64,000 nt of DNA from the NCBI GenBank assembly GCA_964016885.1, contig OZ024746.1, forward strand, positions 70,246,001-70,310,000, written 5' to 3'. The stretch comes from Eledone cirrhosa. Its lineage: Eukaryota. The notes under the pieces were generated by a model that worked only from the letters and a program-made list of their open reading frames with translations, was not told where the DNA came from and did no database searches. Positions 38,601 through 62,945 of this stretch are shown piece by piece (positions within the stretch are counted from its first letter, which is position 1; every line of letters starts with the position of its first letter). The translations under genes were made by a program, and so were the position numbers.

Positions 38601-41600
38601 TTTTCAGAAAGATGTGAAAAACTGGTACTCCAGACAGAGTAAAAAGATAATGTTTGTGTATGTGGAGGGAGCAGGCATGTCAAGGCATGTCCCCTCTCAT
38701 CCCCCCCCCCCCCCCCCATCCTGTCAAATCCTTCCACATTTGACACCTGACCATGTTATACACCCCAGCCCTATCCATAGGGTAGAGCCAGCTCTTCAGT
38801 TGAGTCAATGACAACAACCTCTTTAGTGTCAGTGCTATGATGAATGCACCCAGTATACCTGATAGGGTGGTTGGTAATGGGAAGGGCACCGTGCTGTAAA
38901 AACCATGTCAAAAAGGGTTGAGGAGACACATTTGTTGTGCCATGGGTATGAAAACCTCTCTAGCGTTGGTGATGAGCACACCTAGTACACTCTGTAAAGT
39001 GGTTTGTGATAGAAAGGGCATCCAGCCATAGAAAACTTGCCAAACAAAGGGCCAGGAGGATTCTTCAGCTGTACCATAGACACAACATTCCTAATATTGG
39101 TAATCTATACAATAAACACACCTAGTGCACTCTGTAAAGTGGTTGGTGATAGGAAGGACATCCAGTTGCAGAAAATTTGCCATAGAACAAGTTGTAGACA
39201 TGACAACCTCCCTAGTGCTGGTGATAAACATGATAAACACACCCAATACACATTGTAAAGTACACTCATATTCACAGCCACACAAATATACTGATTAATA
39301 TATAAATAATTTGTGTTGATTTTTTTCATGTATTTGTTTGACTGAGAAACATTTTCACACAACCATATGAATACATTGGTACAGAGATCTTGCCAACAAC
39401 ATCCCATGTGTTGTCTTTGGAGTTATATACTTCTATCAGATCAGAATAAAGGTTTTCTTTAGATCCCCTACACCGGGCCCCAAATAAATAGATTTTCTCA
39501 TCAAGCACAGCCAAGCTAACAAAGTCCCGAGCACATCTCATTTCAGGGAGAATATCCCAGTTACCAGTCAGTGGTGTGTAACGAAACACACCCTCAAGCC
39601 TCACCACATATATCTGAGAGTTCAATACCACAGCACTGAGGCACATGTCATTTGCAGGAAGACCATTTTTTAAGATACTACAAGTATTTGTTGTTGTATC
39701 ATAACATTGAACAGTATTTGTCACGACCTCATCATTATTTTTTCCCCCAAAGAGATAGATGTATTTCCCATAGGCAACATAACCCATATTTTCTACAGCA
39801 AACAATAGTTTCCCCATGCTTGTCCATTTATTTGAAGAAGTGTCCCACATTTCTACAGTGTTTAGAACACATTCCTCATCAAATCCTCCCAAGACATAAA
39901 TGTTGTTATCAACGACAGCAATTGCATGTCGTCTTTGAGCTTGTAACATATTGTTTCCTCTTATCCAAGAATGGAATGTGAGATCATATTTCCATAATTC
40001 TGGACTTCTCAGACCACCAGATACATAAAACTCATTACCAACCACTGCAGCAGCATACTCATTTCCTTTTTTAAAAGGAAGTGGTTTCAAAGAAACAAAT
40101 TCTTTTGTATCTGGTCTGTAAAACTCGACATCACTACTGAGACCATCAGCTACTCTGCCACCAAGGAGTACAGCAACTTCCGTGTAAGAGAAAGCATAGC
40201 GAGGTGTAATCTGATAAGCTTGTCGTGAAGAAACAGTATGGAATGAGATTGCATCTTCTATCATTTCCTGACCCTTTTCACAAGACAAATGATTGGATTT
40301 GATGACATAATCCAGCAAGTAGCTCTGTCCAATCAATGGAAACTTCACACATGTCATCATTTGGTAACGGAAAGATTTTCTGTGTTCAATGTCATATTCA
40401 TGCGTTTCTTCCATTCCAGAAGAAAACATTGATTTGAAGTAATAAGAGCCTGCTGCCAAGATGGCTCGATGGCAAGGAAATTTCTTGTCTTCAAGAATTA
40501 TAGTAACATCAGTGTAATTAGCATTCATACAAAATGATTCAATATTAGCTCTAAGAGAATCTGAATGTTGAGAGCTGAAATAGAACATTCCTTGTGAGAA
40601 AGTGTCTTCCTCTACACTGCTGTTCTGGTTTGCCATGATTGAATAACTGTTATTATGGAACTATGTCAGTTATTAGAGATATCAATAAGAGGAATTATTT
40701 TAAGTTTGTTCACCAAGTCGCTAAGTGATATAATATCACATCATTTGGTCCTATACATAAACTGTAGGAAGAACATTCAGTTGTAGAAAACCTTCCAAAT
40801 ATAGACTTGGGAAGACTCTTCAGCTATGTCAAAGACATGACATCTTCCCTAGTGTTGATGCCATGATAAAATGCACTCGGTAGAGCATGAGTTTGTATGT
40901 CAGGCTCCTAGGCCTACCTTGAATACTAACCAGTCTGTGATGGTGTATGCAACCCTTGCTAGCAGGGAACACAGACATTAAATAATGATGATGTCTTGTT
41001 ATTTATCAGCATTATTGATAAATAAGATCTCTATGTATCTGGTTTAGAATAGGCCCACCATAATGTTGCATCCCTTGAAAGGCAACTGAAAGGGTTTGTT
41101 GCTAGAATGAGCATCTGACAGTAGTGTCTAGAATTGAAATACCACAAGAGAAATTTTTTAAAACCAATTGCCTGGATAATTTCAGTTGGTAGAGTATTTT
41201 CAACTCACTATCTTATATATATGTGGCCCCTGTGAAGCCAGAAATAGTCCTCACTCATCTTCTATTCACACACAACCACATTTGCCTTGAAAGAACAGAG
41301 TAGAGAGGACTGGGTAGTCTTGATTAAGGCAACCCTTCTAGTTCTAATGCAGAGAAGAGGGAACAACACACAAACTCTCAATTGCTGGAACAAAAAAAAA
41401 GGTAATATGTTTTAACAAGTGAAGGCATGTAGCCTAATGGTTGGGCTCATAATCATATAGTCATGGGTTTCATTGCTGTGCACTGTGTGGTGCATTTTGT
41501 TCTTGAGCAAGATGTTTCACTTTACATTTCTCCAGTCAACTCAACTGAAAAAATGAGTACCAACAACAACTAAGGTTAAACTCTGCAATGGGCAGGTGTC

Positions 41601-44420
41601 TTGTGGATAAAACCAGCAAGCTGAGTTGATTCAATAATTTCTATATCTCTGTCCCCTAAAAAGTGAACTTGTGTCTTAGTAGAAATAAATTACTAGACTA
41701 AATCATATTTTCATTTGTATCTTATATCTGTAAGGTAGTCAGTCATGCTGGTGACATGACAAAAAGCATCCAGTCCACACTGTAAAGTGGTCATGTTGGT
41801 GACATGACAAAAAGTGCCAAGTTCACCCTGTAAGGTGGTCATTTTGGTGCCACAATAAAAAGCACCCAGTCCACACAGTAACGTGGTTGGTGTTAGGAAG
41901 GGAATCCAGGTGTAAAAACCAAGCCAAATTACAGATATGTATGAGCAAGATGTGATCTCTGGACCTTACTTGTCTAACCCATGCAAGTATGGAAAATAGA
42001 TGTTAAATGATGATGATGCTGATAATCTTGGCCCAGATTTCATATTTCAATACCACTTAGATGTACTAGTAAATTTTTGTAGCAGCCACTGGGTGTCTAG
42101 ATGAATGATGTAACCCTTTTCTTACCATACTTCTAACAAAAGACATTGCCTATAATTTTCAAGTTTTTAAGAATTAGAGAGGGTTTAATAATATAATTAA
42201 CTTGCTCGTGATTAAACTGTTGTTGGAAGCATAACTTAACAAAGGTGCTTACATAGAATTATGGTAGAAAGTATTTTAGATGAATATAAACATTTTATCC
42301 CTTTTGACATGCTGTAAACTGGTTAGTGATAGGAAGGGCATCCAACCATAGTAAGCTTTCCAAACAAAGGTTTGGGAGGACCCTTCAGTTGTGTCAAAAA
42401 CATGACAACTTCTCCTGTGGAACTGTATGTAAGTAAGATGCAAACCTCTAGCCTGTCTGGGAAGTTAGTAGCCCTGCTTCTGTACTGATCGGTCTATGAA
42501 GACCCATTCAACCCTAGCTTGTAGAGAAAGTGATTGTTAAACAAAAGAATACAGGAAAGCATGTAAGCAAGATGTATCCCTTATCCCATCTGAGGGGGCA
42601 GTAGCTCCAATTTAGAACTGATTTGGTCTCTGATGACCTACTCAGCTGGTTTACATAGCACAAAGAGAAGATGAAAGCAAAAGGTCAACCAATGTCCTGC
42701 AATGCAAAGATTGGAGGTGTTAGGTGGTCCACATTGCAAAGCAGTGTGTCAATGTGAATCAAGGTAATACTGGGGAAAATTGTGTTGGAATGACACTGCT
42801 GCACTTAGTCTGGTTATTACCTGGTCAAAGAAGCCATCAGGGATGTGAAAAAGGATAAAGCTGTTGGAATTTCAGAAATATTTGCTTAGATGCTAAAATC
42901 ATGTGGTGAAGTAGGGCCCAAGCTAATTACTTGCATAATTAACCAGGTAATATGTGATGGTGCTATACTCAATGACTGGTATAGTAGTATAATCATTAAT
43001 TGTTACAAAGGAAAAAGTAATGCTCTAGAAAGTAGTAGCTAAAGAGGCATAATATTGAGGAATCAGATGCAATGTGCCAGTATTGATTGAGATGTGATGC
43101 ATATGGAGGATGACAGCTGCATAAAGTGCAGGGCTCACAAAGTGAATGGAAACTGTGGAAGAGGAAGACCTAGGAAAACATGGGTCAACATTGTGATGTT
43201 TGACCTCAAGAAGCGATATCTCACAATGGAGATGATAAAGGAATGTGATGACTGACAATGCAGTGCTGGAGAAAATTTACTTTCCTATACAAACAGAAGG
43301 AAGCAAGCATTTAAAGGACGGTAGTGTGGAGGCTGTTAGGCAGAGGCATAACTAGAGTATGGCAAGCATGGTATGTGCCATGGGCGTCACTTGGACTAGG
43401 AGCACATTCTATTAAAATCAAATAAGCCTTATCGGAGATTGGAAAAATAAACTCCTTCAAATGTATGATCTGTTTCTGATTATCATGGGTGAGAACACTA
43501 TGGTGGCTGGATCATTAAACCATTTATATAAATTATTAGACCCATAGGTAAACATACAGTGCTGGGCAGAGGCGCTATTTTCCCAAGTTATGCCTCAGCC
43601 TTGTAGGTAGATCTTGATTTCTTTCTTTTATTCCTTCTTTTCTGAATCACTCACGTTCCCCATATAATTAGGGCAGCTTGGGATCTGCCAAACACCTGTT
43701 ATTCTCTGTTGCTGCCCACATATAGAGAGATTCCTTATGGATCTATCTTTCCACCACGACCGACCCTTATCAGTTGCCAATAACATCCTGTCTTTAAGGC
43801 CACTTCTAGCAACACTTATTCTCTGTCTCACTTGGCAAGAAACATACAGCCAACATATACATACGTGGGTGTGTGTGCGAGAACAATAAAATACACATAC
43901 TGAGACATTTGATTAGAGGTGAACTAAAGGTGAAACAAGTTGATGTTAAAGGGATCATAGTGAGGACAAGAAAAATTAGTGAATTGTGTGTGTACAAACA
44001 GCTGAGCAAGAGAGAAGGGGTGGAGCAAAGAAAATAAATATTGTCAACATACCTTCCTTGCTCGAGCACCACCACATCTGTCCATCCCCGTTGACTGAGA
44101 TGGTAGGCAATCGACAAACCGACAATACCACCACCACATATCACCACCCTTGCTTGTTCGGGTACCTGTACTGTAGTTGAAGATGTTGCCGTTGATGACT
44201 GTGCTGCTGATGATGATGATAATGACGACGACGGTGATGATGATGATGGTGTTAGCGAGGATATAGATGAAAAACATCGACTGAATCCATGAAGACAGTG
44301 TCTGTTCTGAGTACCAGCTATATCACCGGTGGGGATCAGCGACGAGTAACAGGTTTTCCTTTTTAAGCAAGCGTATCGTAGTTTCCGTAGGGTCGGTTGG
44401 ACAAGTTTAAGGGGTTTCAT
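8279..44420 (-). CDS. PDPR: Pyruvate dehydrogenase phosphatase regulatory subunit-like (GcvT/DMGDH/SARDH family flavoprotein), 17 coding exons, 2787 nt / 928 aa
   Basis: Exons 44053-44420, 36268-36398, 34600-34681, 32732-32813, 31489-31570, 27848-27969, 26880-26994, 26111-26263, 25570-25694, 16355-16547, 15602-15757, 14635-14774, 13758-13906, 13342-13549, 11853-11942, 10544-10723 and 8279-8689 all have GT-AG introns with matching phases. Motifs: [10 protein letters not shown] (FAD binding), [23 protein letters not shown] and [14 protein letters not shown]; the last two are PDPR-type. Confidence 0.9.
10544..10723 (-). CDS. PDPR: PDPR exon 16
   Basis: [22 protein letters not shown]...[11 protein letters not shown]...[14 protein letters not shown]; cag / gtaagt. 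Confidence 0.9.
11853..11942 (-). CDS. PDPR: PDPR exon 15
   Basis: [30 protein letters not shown]; aag acceptor / gtaaga. Confidence 0.88.
11990..12965 (-). mobile_element. Degenerate LINE (RTE-like) RT fragment
   Basis: [16 protein letters not shown]...PWELPYADV; ends in the same 3' tail as the 1170 copy. Confidence 0.7.
12970..13105. repeat. 30-bp minisatellite, ~4.5 copies
   Basis: cataggttgcatggctgtataccctctata units. Confidence 0.9.
13342..13549 (-). CDS. PDPR: PDPR exon 14
   Basis: [50 protein letters not shown]...FMTCK; cag / gtaaat. Confidence 0.9.
13758..13906 (-). CDS. PDPR: PDPR exon 13
   Basis: [19 protein letters not shown]...[19 protein letters not shown]; cag / gtaaga. Confidence 0.9.
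14635..14774 (-). CDS. PDPR: PDPR exon 12
   Basis: [47 protein letters not shown]; aag acceptor / gtaaat. Confidence 0.85.
15602..15757 (-). CDS. PDPR: PDPR exon 11
   Basis: GHLYAIGY...[31 protein letters not shown]; cag / gtgagt. Confidence 0.9.
16355..16547 (-). CDS. PDPR: PDPR exon 10
   Basis: [22 protein letters not shown]...[15 protein letters not shown]; cag / gttagt. Confidence 0.9.
16853..17937 (-). repeat. Left inverted repeat (inverted pseudo-LTR) of the PLE
   Basis: Reverse complement of 22616-23664 with only a handful of substitutions plus microsatellite length differences; produces mirror-image spurious ORFs in the track. Confidence 0.95.
16893..16950 (-). ncRNA. Minimal type I hammerhead ribozyme (copy in the inverted arm, sense to PDPR pre-mRNA)
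   Basis: Exact reverse complement of 23567-23624. Confidence 0.8.
17922..18014 (+). repeat. (ATGAGATTTT[T][T])n run, ~8 units, at the PLE inversion junction
   Basis: Read directly; the unit occurs only once in the right arm (22616-22631). Confidence 0.9.
17988..19770 (+). pseudogene. PLE polyprotein: reverse transcriptase, Asn-rich linker, CxCx5C zinc motif and GIY-YIG endonuclease; N-terminally truncated, frameshift near 19660
   Basis: [101 protein letters not shown]; the expected tail ([14 protein letters not shown]) lies in another frame (ORF 19564-19770). Confidence 0.9.
20119..21481. repeat. 92-bp tandem array, ~14.8 copies, inside the PLE 3' region
   Basis: Units start at 20119, 20211, 20303 ... 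21407; only three variant positions seen (units 4, 11 and 13); no spacers. Confidence 0.97.
22422..22548. repeat. 68-bp direct duplication in the PLE 3' region
   Basis: gctcaactctatgaatgcaca...gaactttgga.tgtgaacttttt at 22422 and 22490. Confidence 0.85.
22616..23664 (+). repeat. Right arm (3' pseudo-LTR) of the PLE
   Basis: Pairs with 16853-17937. Confidence 0.95.
23567..23624 (+). ncRNA. Minimal type I hammerhead ribozyme in the PLE pseudo-LTR
   Basis: ctttatgct-CTGAAGA-gtcccac-ttcta-gtgtggac-GAAAC-act-GTT^agca-at-taaag; stem I tgct/agca and cttta/taaag, stem II, short stem III. Confidence 0.8.
23705..23755 (-). ncRNA. Hammerhead-like motif (CAGAAGA core), solo PLE tail abutting the large element
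   Basis: 23689-23768 is a diverged reverse complement of ~29602-29685. Confidence 0.5.
25570..25694 (-). CDS. PDPR: PDPR exon 9
   Basis: [11 protein letters not shown]...[21 protein letters not shown]; cag / gtgagc. Confidence 0.9.
26111..26263 (-). CDS. PDPR: PDPR exon 8
   Basis: [25 protein letters not shown]...LLPEDWDHF; tag / gtaaga. Confidence 0.9.
26880..26994 (-). CDS. PDPR: PDPR exon 7
   Basis: [38 protein letters not shown]; tag / gtgtgt. Confidence 0.9.
27848..27969 (-). CDS. PDPR: PDPR exon 6
   Basis: GVKIFEG...[14 protein letters not shown]; tag / gtgagt. Confidence 0.9.
28030..28236. repeat. ~207-bp near-perfect fold-back (hairpin) element
   Basis: gaaattagaaatagaagctttcgccgta...gatgagt[acgtcaat]actcatc...tacggcgaaagcttctatttctaatttc. 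Confidence 0.9.
28936..29690 (+). mobile_element. Second, 5'-truncated Naiad-type PLE: GIY-YIG remnant (28936-29289, one in-frame TGA), 3' region and hammerhead-like motif
   Basis: Hand translation [71 protein letters not shown] parallels the C-terminus of the 17988 ORF; not in the ORF track. Confidence 0.8.
29617..29667 (+). ncRNA. Hammerhead-like motif with variant core CAGAAGA
   Basis: agttt-CAGAAGA-t-ccc-gttaa-ggg-t-GAAA-gc...gc-TT^aaact; second copy on the minus strand at 23705-23755. Confidence 0.55.
29767..30125 (+). mobile_element. Composite tRNA-derived SINE; near-identical inverted copy at ~4735-5070
   Basis: ggaggcacatggcttagtggttagagc (A box), gagttcaattc (B box), ccttgagcaagacact core. 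Confidence 0.75.
31489..31570 (-). CDS. PDPR: PDPR exon 5
   Basis: [27 protein letters not shown]; cag / gtcagt. Confidence 0.9.
32732..32813 (-). CDS. PDPR: PDPR exon 4
   Basis: [27 protein letters not shown]; cag / gtaacc. Confidence 0.88.
33025..33810. repeat. Diverged ~48-bp tandem array (~16 units) within an interspersed repeat
   Basis: attttattgtgacaccagcactaccactttacag unit; shorter arrays at 27600-27810, 9410-9540 and 41745-41880. Confidence 0.85.
34600..34681 (-). CDS. PDPR: PDPR exon 3
   Basis: (G)[26 protein letters not shown]; cag / gtaatt. Confidence 0.88.
35000..35760. mobile_element. Degenerate LINE fragments (RT N-terminal part on minus, 3' tail on plus)
   Basis: [14 protein letters not shown]...[20 protein letters not shown]; the tail is related to 45995-46180 and 58330-58560. 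Confidence 0.6.
36268..36398 (-). CDS. PDPR: PDPR exon 2
   Basis: cag|G TTA GGC TGT GGT ACA AGT TGG CAT GCT GCA GGT = (R)[15 protein letters not shown]; donor gttagt. Confidence 0.9.
39326..40636 (-). CDS. Intronless BTB-kelch (KLHL-like) ORF with in-frame deletion of the BTB C-terminal half and most of BACK; retrocopy or duplicate, possibly a pseudogene
   Basis: [37 protein letters not shown] (BTB start) jumps to EYDIEHRK...VKFPLI (BACK end), then kelch blades LLGG, YVSGG, YVLGG, YLFGG, YVVRL, YLFGA. Confidence 0.8.
   Translation of the reverse strand: MANQNSSVEEDTFSQGMFYFSSQHSDSLRANIESFCMNANYTDVTIILEDKKFPCHRAILAAGSYYFKSMFSSGMEETHEYDIEHRKSFRYQMMTCVKFPLIGQSYLLDYVIKSNHLSCEKGQEMIEDAISFHTVSSRQAYQITPRYAFSYTEVAVLLGGRVADGLSSDVEFYRPDTKEFVSLKPLPFKKGNEYAAAVVGNEFYVSGGLRSPELWKYDLTFHSWIRGNNMLQAQRRHAIAVVDNNIYVLGGFDEECVLNTVEMWDTSSNKWTSMGKLLFAVENMGYVAYGKYIYLFGGKNNDEVVTNTVQCYDTTTNTCSILKNGLPANDMCLSAVVLNSQIYVVRLEGVFRYTPLTGNWDILPEMRCARDFVSLAVLDEKIYLFGARCRGSKENLYSDLIEVYNSKDNTWDVVGKISVPMYSYGCVKMFLSQTNT
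42480..43290 (+). mobile_element. Highly degenerate LINE fragment
   Basis: ggaaactgtggaagaggaagacctaggaaaacatgg (GRGRPRKTW) and other RTE-like remnants. Confidence 0.5.
44053..44420 (-). CDS. PDPR: PDPR exon 1: basic, Ser-rich mitochondrial presequence plus GxGxxG FAD motif
   Basis: [15 protein letters not shown]...[20 protein letters not shown]...VVVLEQG; donor AG|GTATGT. Confidence 0.85.
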
Positions 44421-46419
44421 ATTGATGACGATCTTACTACTATCAACAATAATTTGCAGGGAACACAATTATTACAACCAAACAGAAAATCAATTTAACG
44501 CTACTGTCTGGAATGACTACTGTGATCAACAACGAAGATTTTTACCACGAATTTTTGATAATTTAATATATGTATGCACATAAATATTTTTTACACATTG
44601 CTCATATAAATATGTGTATATATGTATCTGAAATTGGTATTAATTTGACTCAGGAATGTATTCTATAAAGACCGTAATTGTAATTAGTGTTTAGTCGGGA
44701 ACTTTTATGTTAATATCATGTGATGATAATAACTATAATAAAAACAATGAAAACGTTTGCTATAGCCAACCTAATAATTCGTGAATAAATCGAATACTTC
44801 GTTAAATATTGAACCAGAATAATAATTAAGTCAATCAATGGGAAAAATATATTCCAAATGAAAACTTCCAGATGATATATATGTGTGTGTTGCTTGTAGT
44901 CGTATTACTACATTTTCATGGAACACATTAGCGTATTTCTCCTGTAGTTTCACTCTACTGTTTGATGTTGTTGTTGTGTTTGCTATTTATACGGGTGCCT
45001 CGACTCGTGTTTATAAGTTGTCCTATCACAGCTGTTGTTGTGGTTGTTAGCTGCCATCTTCGAATGTCAAGGAGGTTATTTAAACTAATTTTGAAGTACT
45101 CGACGGGTAGATAACTCACATAATATCCATACACATATAAACAGGGCTGATGTAAAAATAAAACAAAAACCTCAAACTTTCTATCTTTCTCCCCCCCACC
45201 CGTTTGACACTATTTCTATTTTTAATCGTCTCTTGATGGCATTCTTATTTGCATTTTCAATATCTACAGAAGGTGAACATGTGCAGAAATATCTAATTGA
45301 TAAACACCCTTTCAAAAATAGAATATTTTATATTAAATACTCATGTTCTTCGAGCGAGTCCTTTTATAAGCCAGTACTATGGGGTTCCTTGAGTATTGTT
45401 TCCTTTTTTCTTTAAATATACGCAAATGCTGATATTGTAACGTCATAGCTACATTAAATACAGCTGATACGAGGTAGAGCTGAATTCAATCGGTGTTGAG
45501 GGAATTTACTTATCCTATAATAAAATTTCCATTAGGTTTATTATTTCTTAAGTGTATTTATTTATCTCTTTCGCTAGAAATATATAAAACTATCAACTAA
45601 TGTGTATTTAGTTTTTAAATATCAGTTCTTTTTTTCAAAAGTGAATTAAATACACTGGCAAATATTTATTTCGGTTCAACTCATTCTTTTCACTCCTTTC
45701 TACGCAGTCTCAACAGCGTGTTTAATAGCACCAAAATGCAGACATATATATTTCAAGAAAACAAACACAATATTTAAAGAGATATTAGACCAGCCTAACC
45801 TCTGACTCCATTCTCTCCACAATAACATACCAGAACACAAAACAGAGCACTTCCCTTACAGGTATTACTCAAACTATTAATAAAACTACAGACAAAATAA
45901 CAACTACATCTGTACGAGGCGTGTGACTTAGTGATTGGGTTGTGAAACCCTGGAAATTAGTAGTCTCTTCTTCTTCTTCTTCTTCTTCGCCCACTTATTC
46001 CTGGGAGAGCCGTAAAAGCAGAGTCCTCAAATACAAAGCGGGTCCTGTCAGAAGCAACCGTCTCCAATTGATCCGGCTGGATCCCCAAACGAGATCAGCC
46101 GAGCTCATGGATGTTATCCAGCCGCTTGGTTTTGCCCGTAAAACCTGTCCAGCGATTCTTTCCTGAGACATTCTAATCACATGCTCTCCTACATAAAAAA
46201 AAGAATCTTTTACTGAGTTACCTATTCTACCGACTTTAATACTTGATTAGAAAACACGCTATAACACATTATCATTGGTATACAGCTAGAGGTGAATGAC
46301 ATCCAAACTACCTTATGGCTGAGCGAGATATACGAGTATATCATCTCATCGCGATCGTAGGGACTGAGAATGATGCTGCTGCACCTTTACACGGAATCGA
46401 GCTATGGACGATGGTCATC

Positions 46420-47165
46420 ATACATATAAATAACTGATAATCTGAATGTACTGGTCAAACATTCGCTGGAGGCTGGCTTACACATCAACATCTCCAAAAC
46501 AAAGTGTATGACAACTGATAAAAACAATGCTAATCTCCAACTCACAATCTACAACCAGCAAACTGCTCAAATTACGGAGTTTGTATACGTCGGTCACAAA
46601 CTATCATCAAACAACAATGGAATGGATGCTGCGCAGTATCGCATCACTCTAGGTCGGGCAGCTTTCAACAAGAACAAGGAAGTACTAACATCAAAACTAG
46701 TTTCCTATCATTTGAAGGCTAAGATCTTCGATACTTACATCCTACCAGTTGTGTTATATGGTCTTGACTGTGTTAATTGGACGACAAGGTCACTTCAGAA
46801 GCTCTCTACATTCCAGAACCACATCATGAGACTTATGACTGGCAAGCGGCTCAGCGACCGTATCTGTATCAATGAGCTGTTCAACATTACCAGACTTAGA
46901 CCAATTACATCAATTGTCAAGAGTACTCAAACTATCGGTCATATAAAAAGATCAACTCGTGGTGTGAGTAGGTTATGCCTGGAAGAAAGGTTGGCTGTTA
47001 AGAGAAGCAGAGGCCGGCAGCCAAAACGATGGCTTGATAATGTCAACTTATGGACTGGACTTGATCTTTGCTCTTTAAACTCTGCTGTTGGGGATCAAAC
47101 TTTGTGGAGAAAAATATCTCATGTTGATGCGCAGTTTGCAACTGGCAGAGTTTAGCGAAGAAGAG
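46420..47165 (+). mobile_element. LINE (RTE-like) RT C-terminal fragment
   Basis: GLHINISKTKCM, EFVYVG, ILPVVLYG, GHIKR, KRSRGRQPKRWLD. Confidence 0.75.
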
Positions 47166-47249
47166 ATAAGTGACACTTAGAGGCACTTGTTCAGATCTGG
47201 ACGAATTGAAACAAAGTTAAGTGAAGTTATATATTGAGTTGTTGATGTT

Positions 47250-48625
47250 GTTGGACCTGCGAAGAGACAAGATGGGCGCACTGATAATTTGAAGGGGAAA
47301 TGAAGTCCCAGATCTGGGCACCGACATGAACAGACCATAACTTTCTCAATGTGTGGGAAATTAGTGGGCCACTATCCAATCGCAGGGTGACTCCGAACAG
47401 CATGCAGCTATGTCACGAGACGGGCAGACGATGTGAGTTGGAGAGGACGGTGACCATGCAGGAATCTTGAAGAGGGTTGAGGGTGATGACGCAGTAAGAG
47501 GAAGCTAATGCGCCCCCAAATCGGAGAAGGGGGTCGTATGGTCTGATGCCAGGAGCATAGCGCTAGGGGTCGCTCTGGAAATAAGGGATGTCGAGGTCGA
47601 GGACGCAGCCTCAGGAAGAATGAGGACTGTAACCATATCAAGGTGGCCGAATTGGACGCTGTGCTGAGGAGAAGGCATCTCGCTCTGAGATGGGAGCTAC
47701 GCACCATAGAGATTCGTACTGATCCGGTCACTGTACTTGGATGGGTGAAATCAGTGCTTACCAGTGAGAGGAGAGTGCGATCGAGAGAGGCGCCAGAAAT
47801 GTTAATAAAGCGCCGCATGGGAACTCTGAAAGAGCTGGCTGCTGAGTTCGGCCTGAAGTTGAGTGTGGTCTTTGTACCCTCGGAAAAAAATAGGGTGTAC
47901 ATCCTAACCAGGGTGAAGAAAGCCTGGCGAGAAGTGCTAGAGGATGTGGAAAAGGTGATAGCTGTAGTGTGTCGGCTGAGTGACTGGGAGTTGAGGAGGC
48001 TGCATACCAGGCATCATATGGAAGTGGATAGGACCCTGTTCCTAGCCAGAAAAGTCGACTCCGACGTTACCAGACAGTGTCCAGAAAGTGGTTGTGAATT
48101 GCGACAGATGCCAGTCTATCAACCCCGCCCAAGGTGGGCACGAGGCGGGTAACATCCCAGTGGAGCGCAACTGGAAGCGATTGGCTGTGACACACTACCG
48201 ACAGGGGACGTATCTCTCGATGGTCGATTGTAGACCGGGGCGCATAGCAATATGGAGGGAGGTGACTGATGGAGACTGCATAGGAAATCGCGCGGACGCT
48301 GGAAGAGATATTCTTGGAGCGGGGCCCTATGGGTATACTGATGATGGATAACAACACAGCGTTTCGCTCAGTGGTGCTGATGGTGATGCTCGTTGGGTGG
48401 AAAGTGAGCCGCTTCTTCAGAGCAGCGCACAGGCCGAGCGGAAATGTGATTGTGGAGAGACACCATCGCACGACCTCGCCATGACAGAATGGGGACACAT
48501 TTCGCCAATGGAGGGGGTGTTCTGGTACAACATGTTTCCTCGGGTGGGACAGGCCGAAGAGTCGGTACCACTGAGGGCGTTATATAGATATGGATGGTGA
48601 CATGGGGACAGAAAGAGAATGGAGG

Positions 48626-48703
<78 letters not shown>

Positions 48704-49222
48704 CATTCAGACAAGTGGGCGAAGACTTCTGGGTCACCCCTCCCACTACCGAATGCGTGTAGCACATCTCAATGGGGAAAGGGAACGGTAACAGCTGTAA
48801 ATTCCCGCGTCACGACTTGGATATCTGCAGAATCGTTGAGAAGAAATCGCAACGGGAACGCCGTCCACCCAGGTTGATGACGGACTTTGACATGGAGTAA
48901 TATAATGGAATTATTGATCCTTAAGATCAGGGGTATGGGGGGGAGGGGGATAGGGTGCCGAAAAGTGCAGAAGAGGTTTTGCCGGGAGCGAGGGGCCTGT
49001 GACGTCACATCAGAGTTCGCGCACCTGCCGCTTTCTCTTTCGTCAGGACGTCGTCTGGTGTTACGAGGCTCTGTATTTCCCGGCCGGACGTAAGTCACGT
49101 GGATATCAACGCAGGGACATTCAGTTCGGATTCAAGTGTAGATGCAAGGTAAGTCCGTTCGCTTCCTCACCACAGTTGGAAAGCATAAATTTAAAGACTT
49201 TAAAACAAATAGTGTTGTAACA
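47250..49222 (+). mobile_element. Degenerate Gypsy-like LTR retrotransposon 3' part (RNase H and integrase remnants, polypurine tract, probable 3' LTR 48951-49222)
   Basis: AELDAV..IRTDPVTV (RNase H), LHTRHHMEVDRT..CDRCQ (integrase HHCC), G-rich PPT 48937-48950, segment ends in ...gtaaCA. Confidence 0.65.
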
Positions 49223-49470
49223 TAGAACTAAGGGCAGTTTCGTGCTGTTTAGTATCAAACGGATTAAATAAATAGTTACATGGGAAATTCGTATGTAAAG
49301 ATTCCTCTAGAAGCCTTCTTGAATATGGTGAAACAACAGAAAAAAAAAAACAAGACTTCAATAATGGTTGGTGAAAATACCTTTTATTTCAGCTATGAAG
49401 TAAACTTATGATTTATTCATTAAAAAAAAAACACTGTTCCGGGGGGTTTCACTTGTAAAAAATAAAACTT

Positions 49471-62881
<13,411 letters not shown>

Positions 62882-62939
62882 GGTGTTTTGGTCTTCTGGT
62901 TCGTTTCCAACTTACAGGAGCTTTACAATCTGAGCTTAG

Positions 62940-62945
62940 TTTATA
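62940..62945 (-). promoter_or_regulatory. Candidate TATA box of the secreted-protein gene
   Basis: TATAAA on the minus strand ~60 bp upstream of the ATG at 62881; the region is AT-rich, so this could be chance. Confidence 0.35.
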
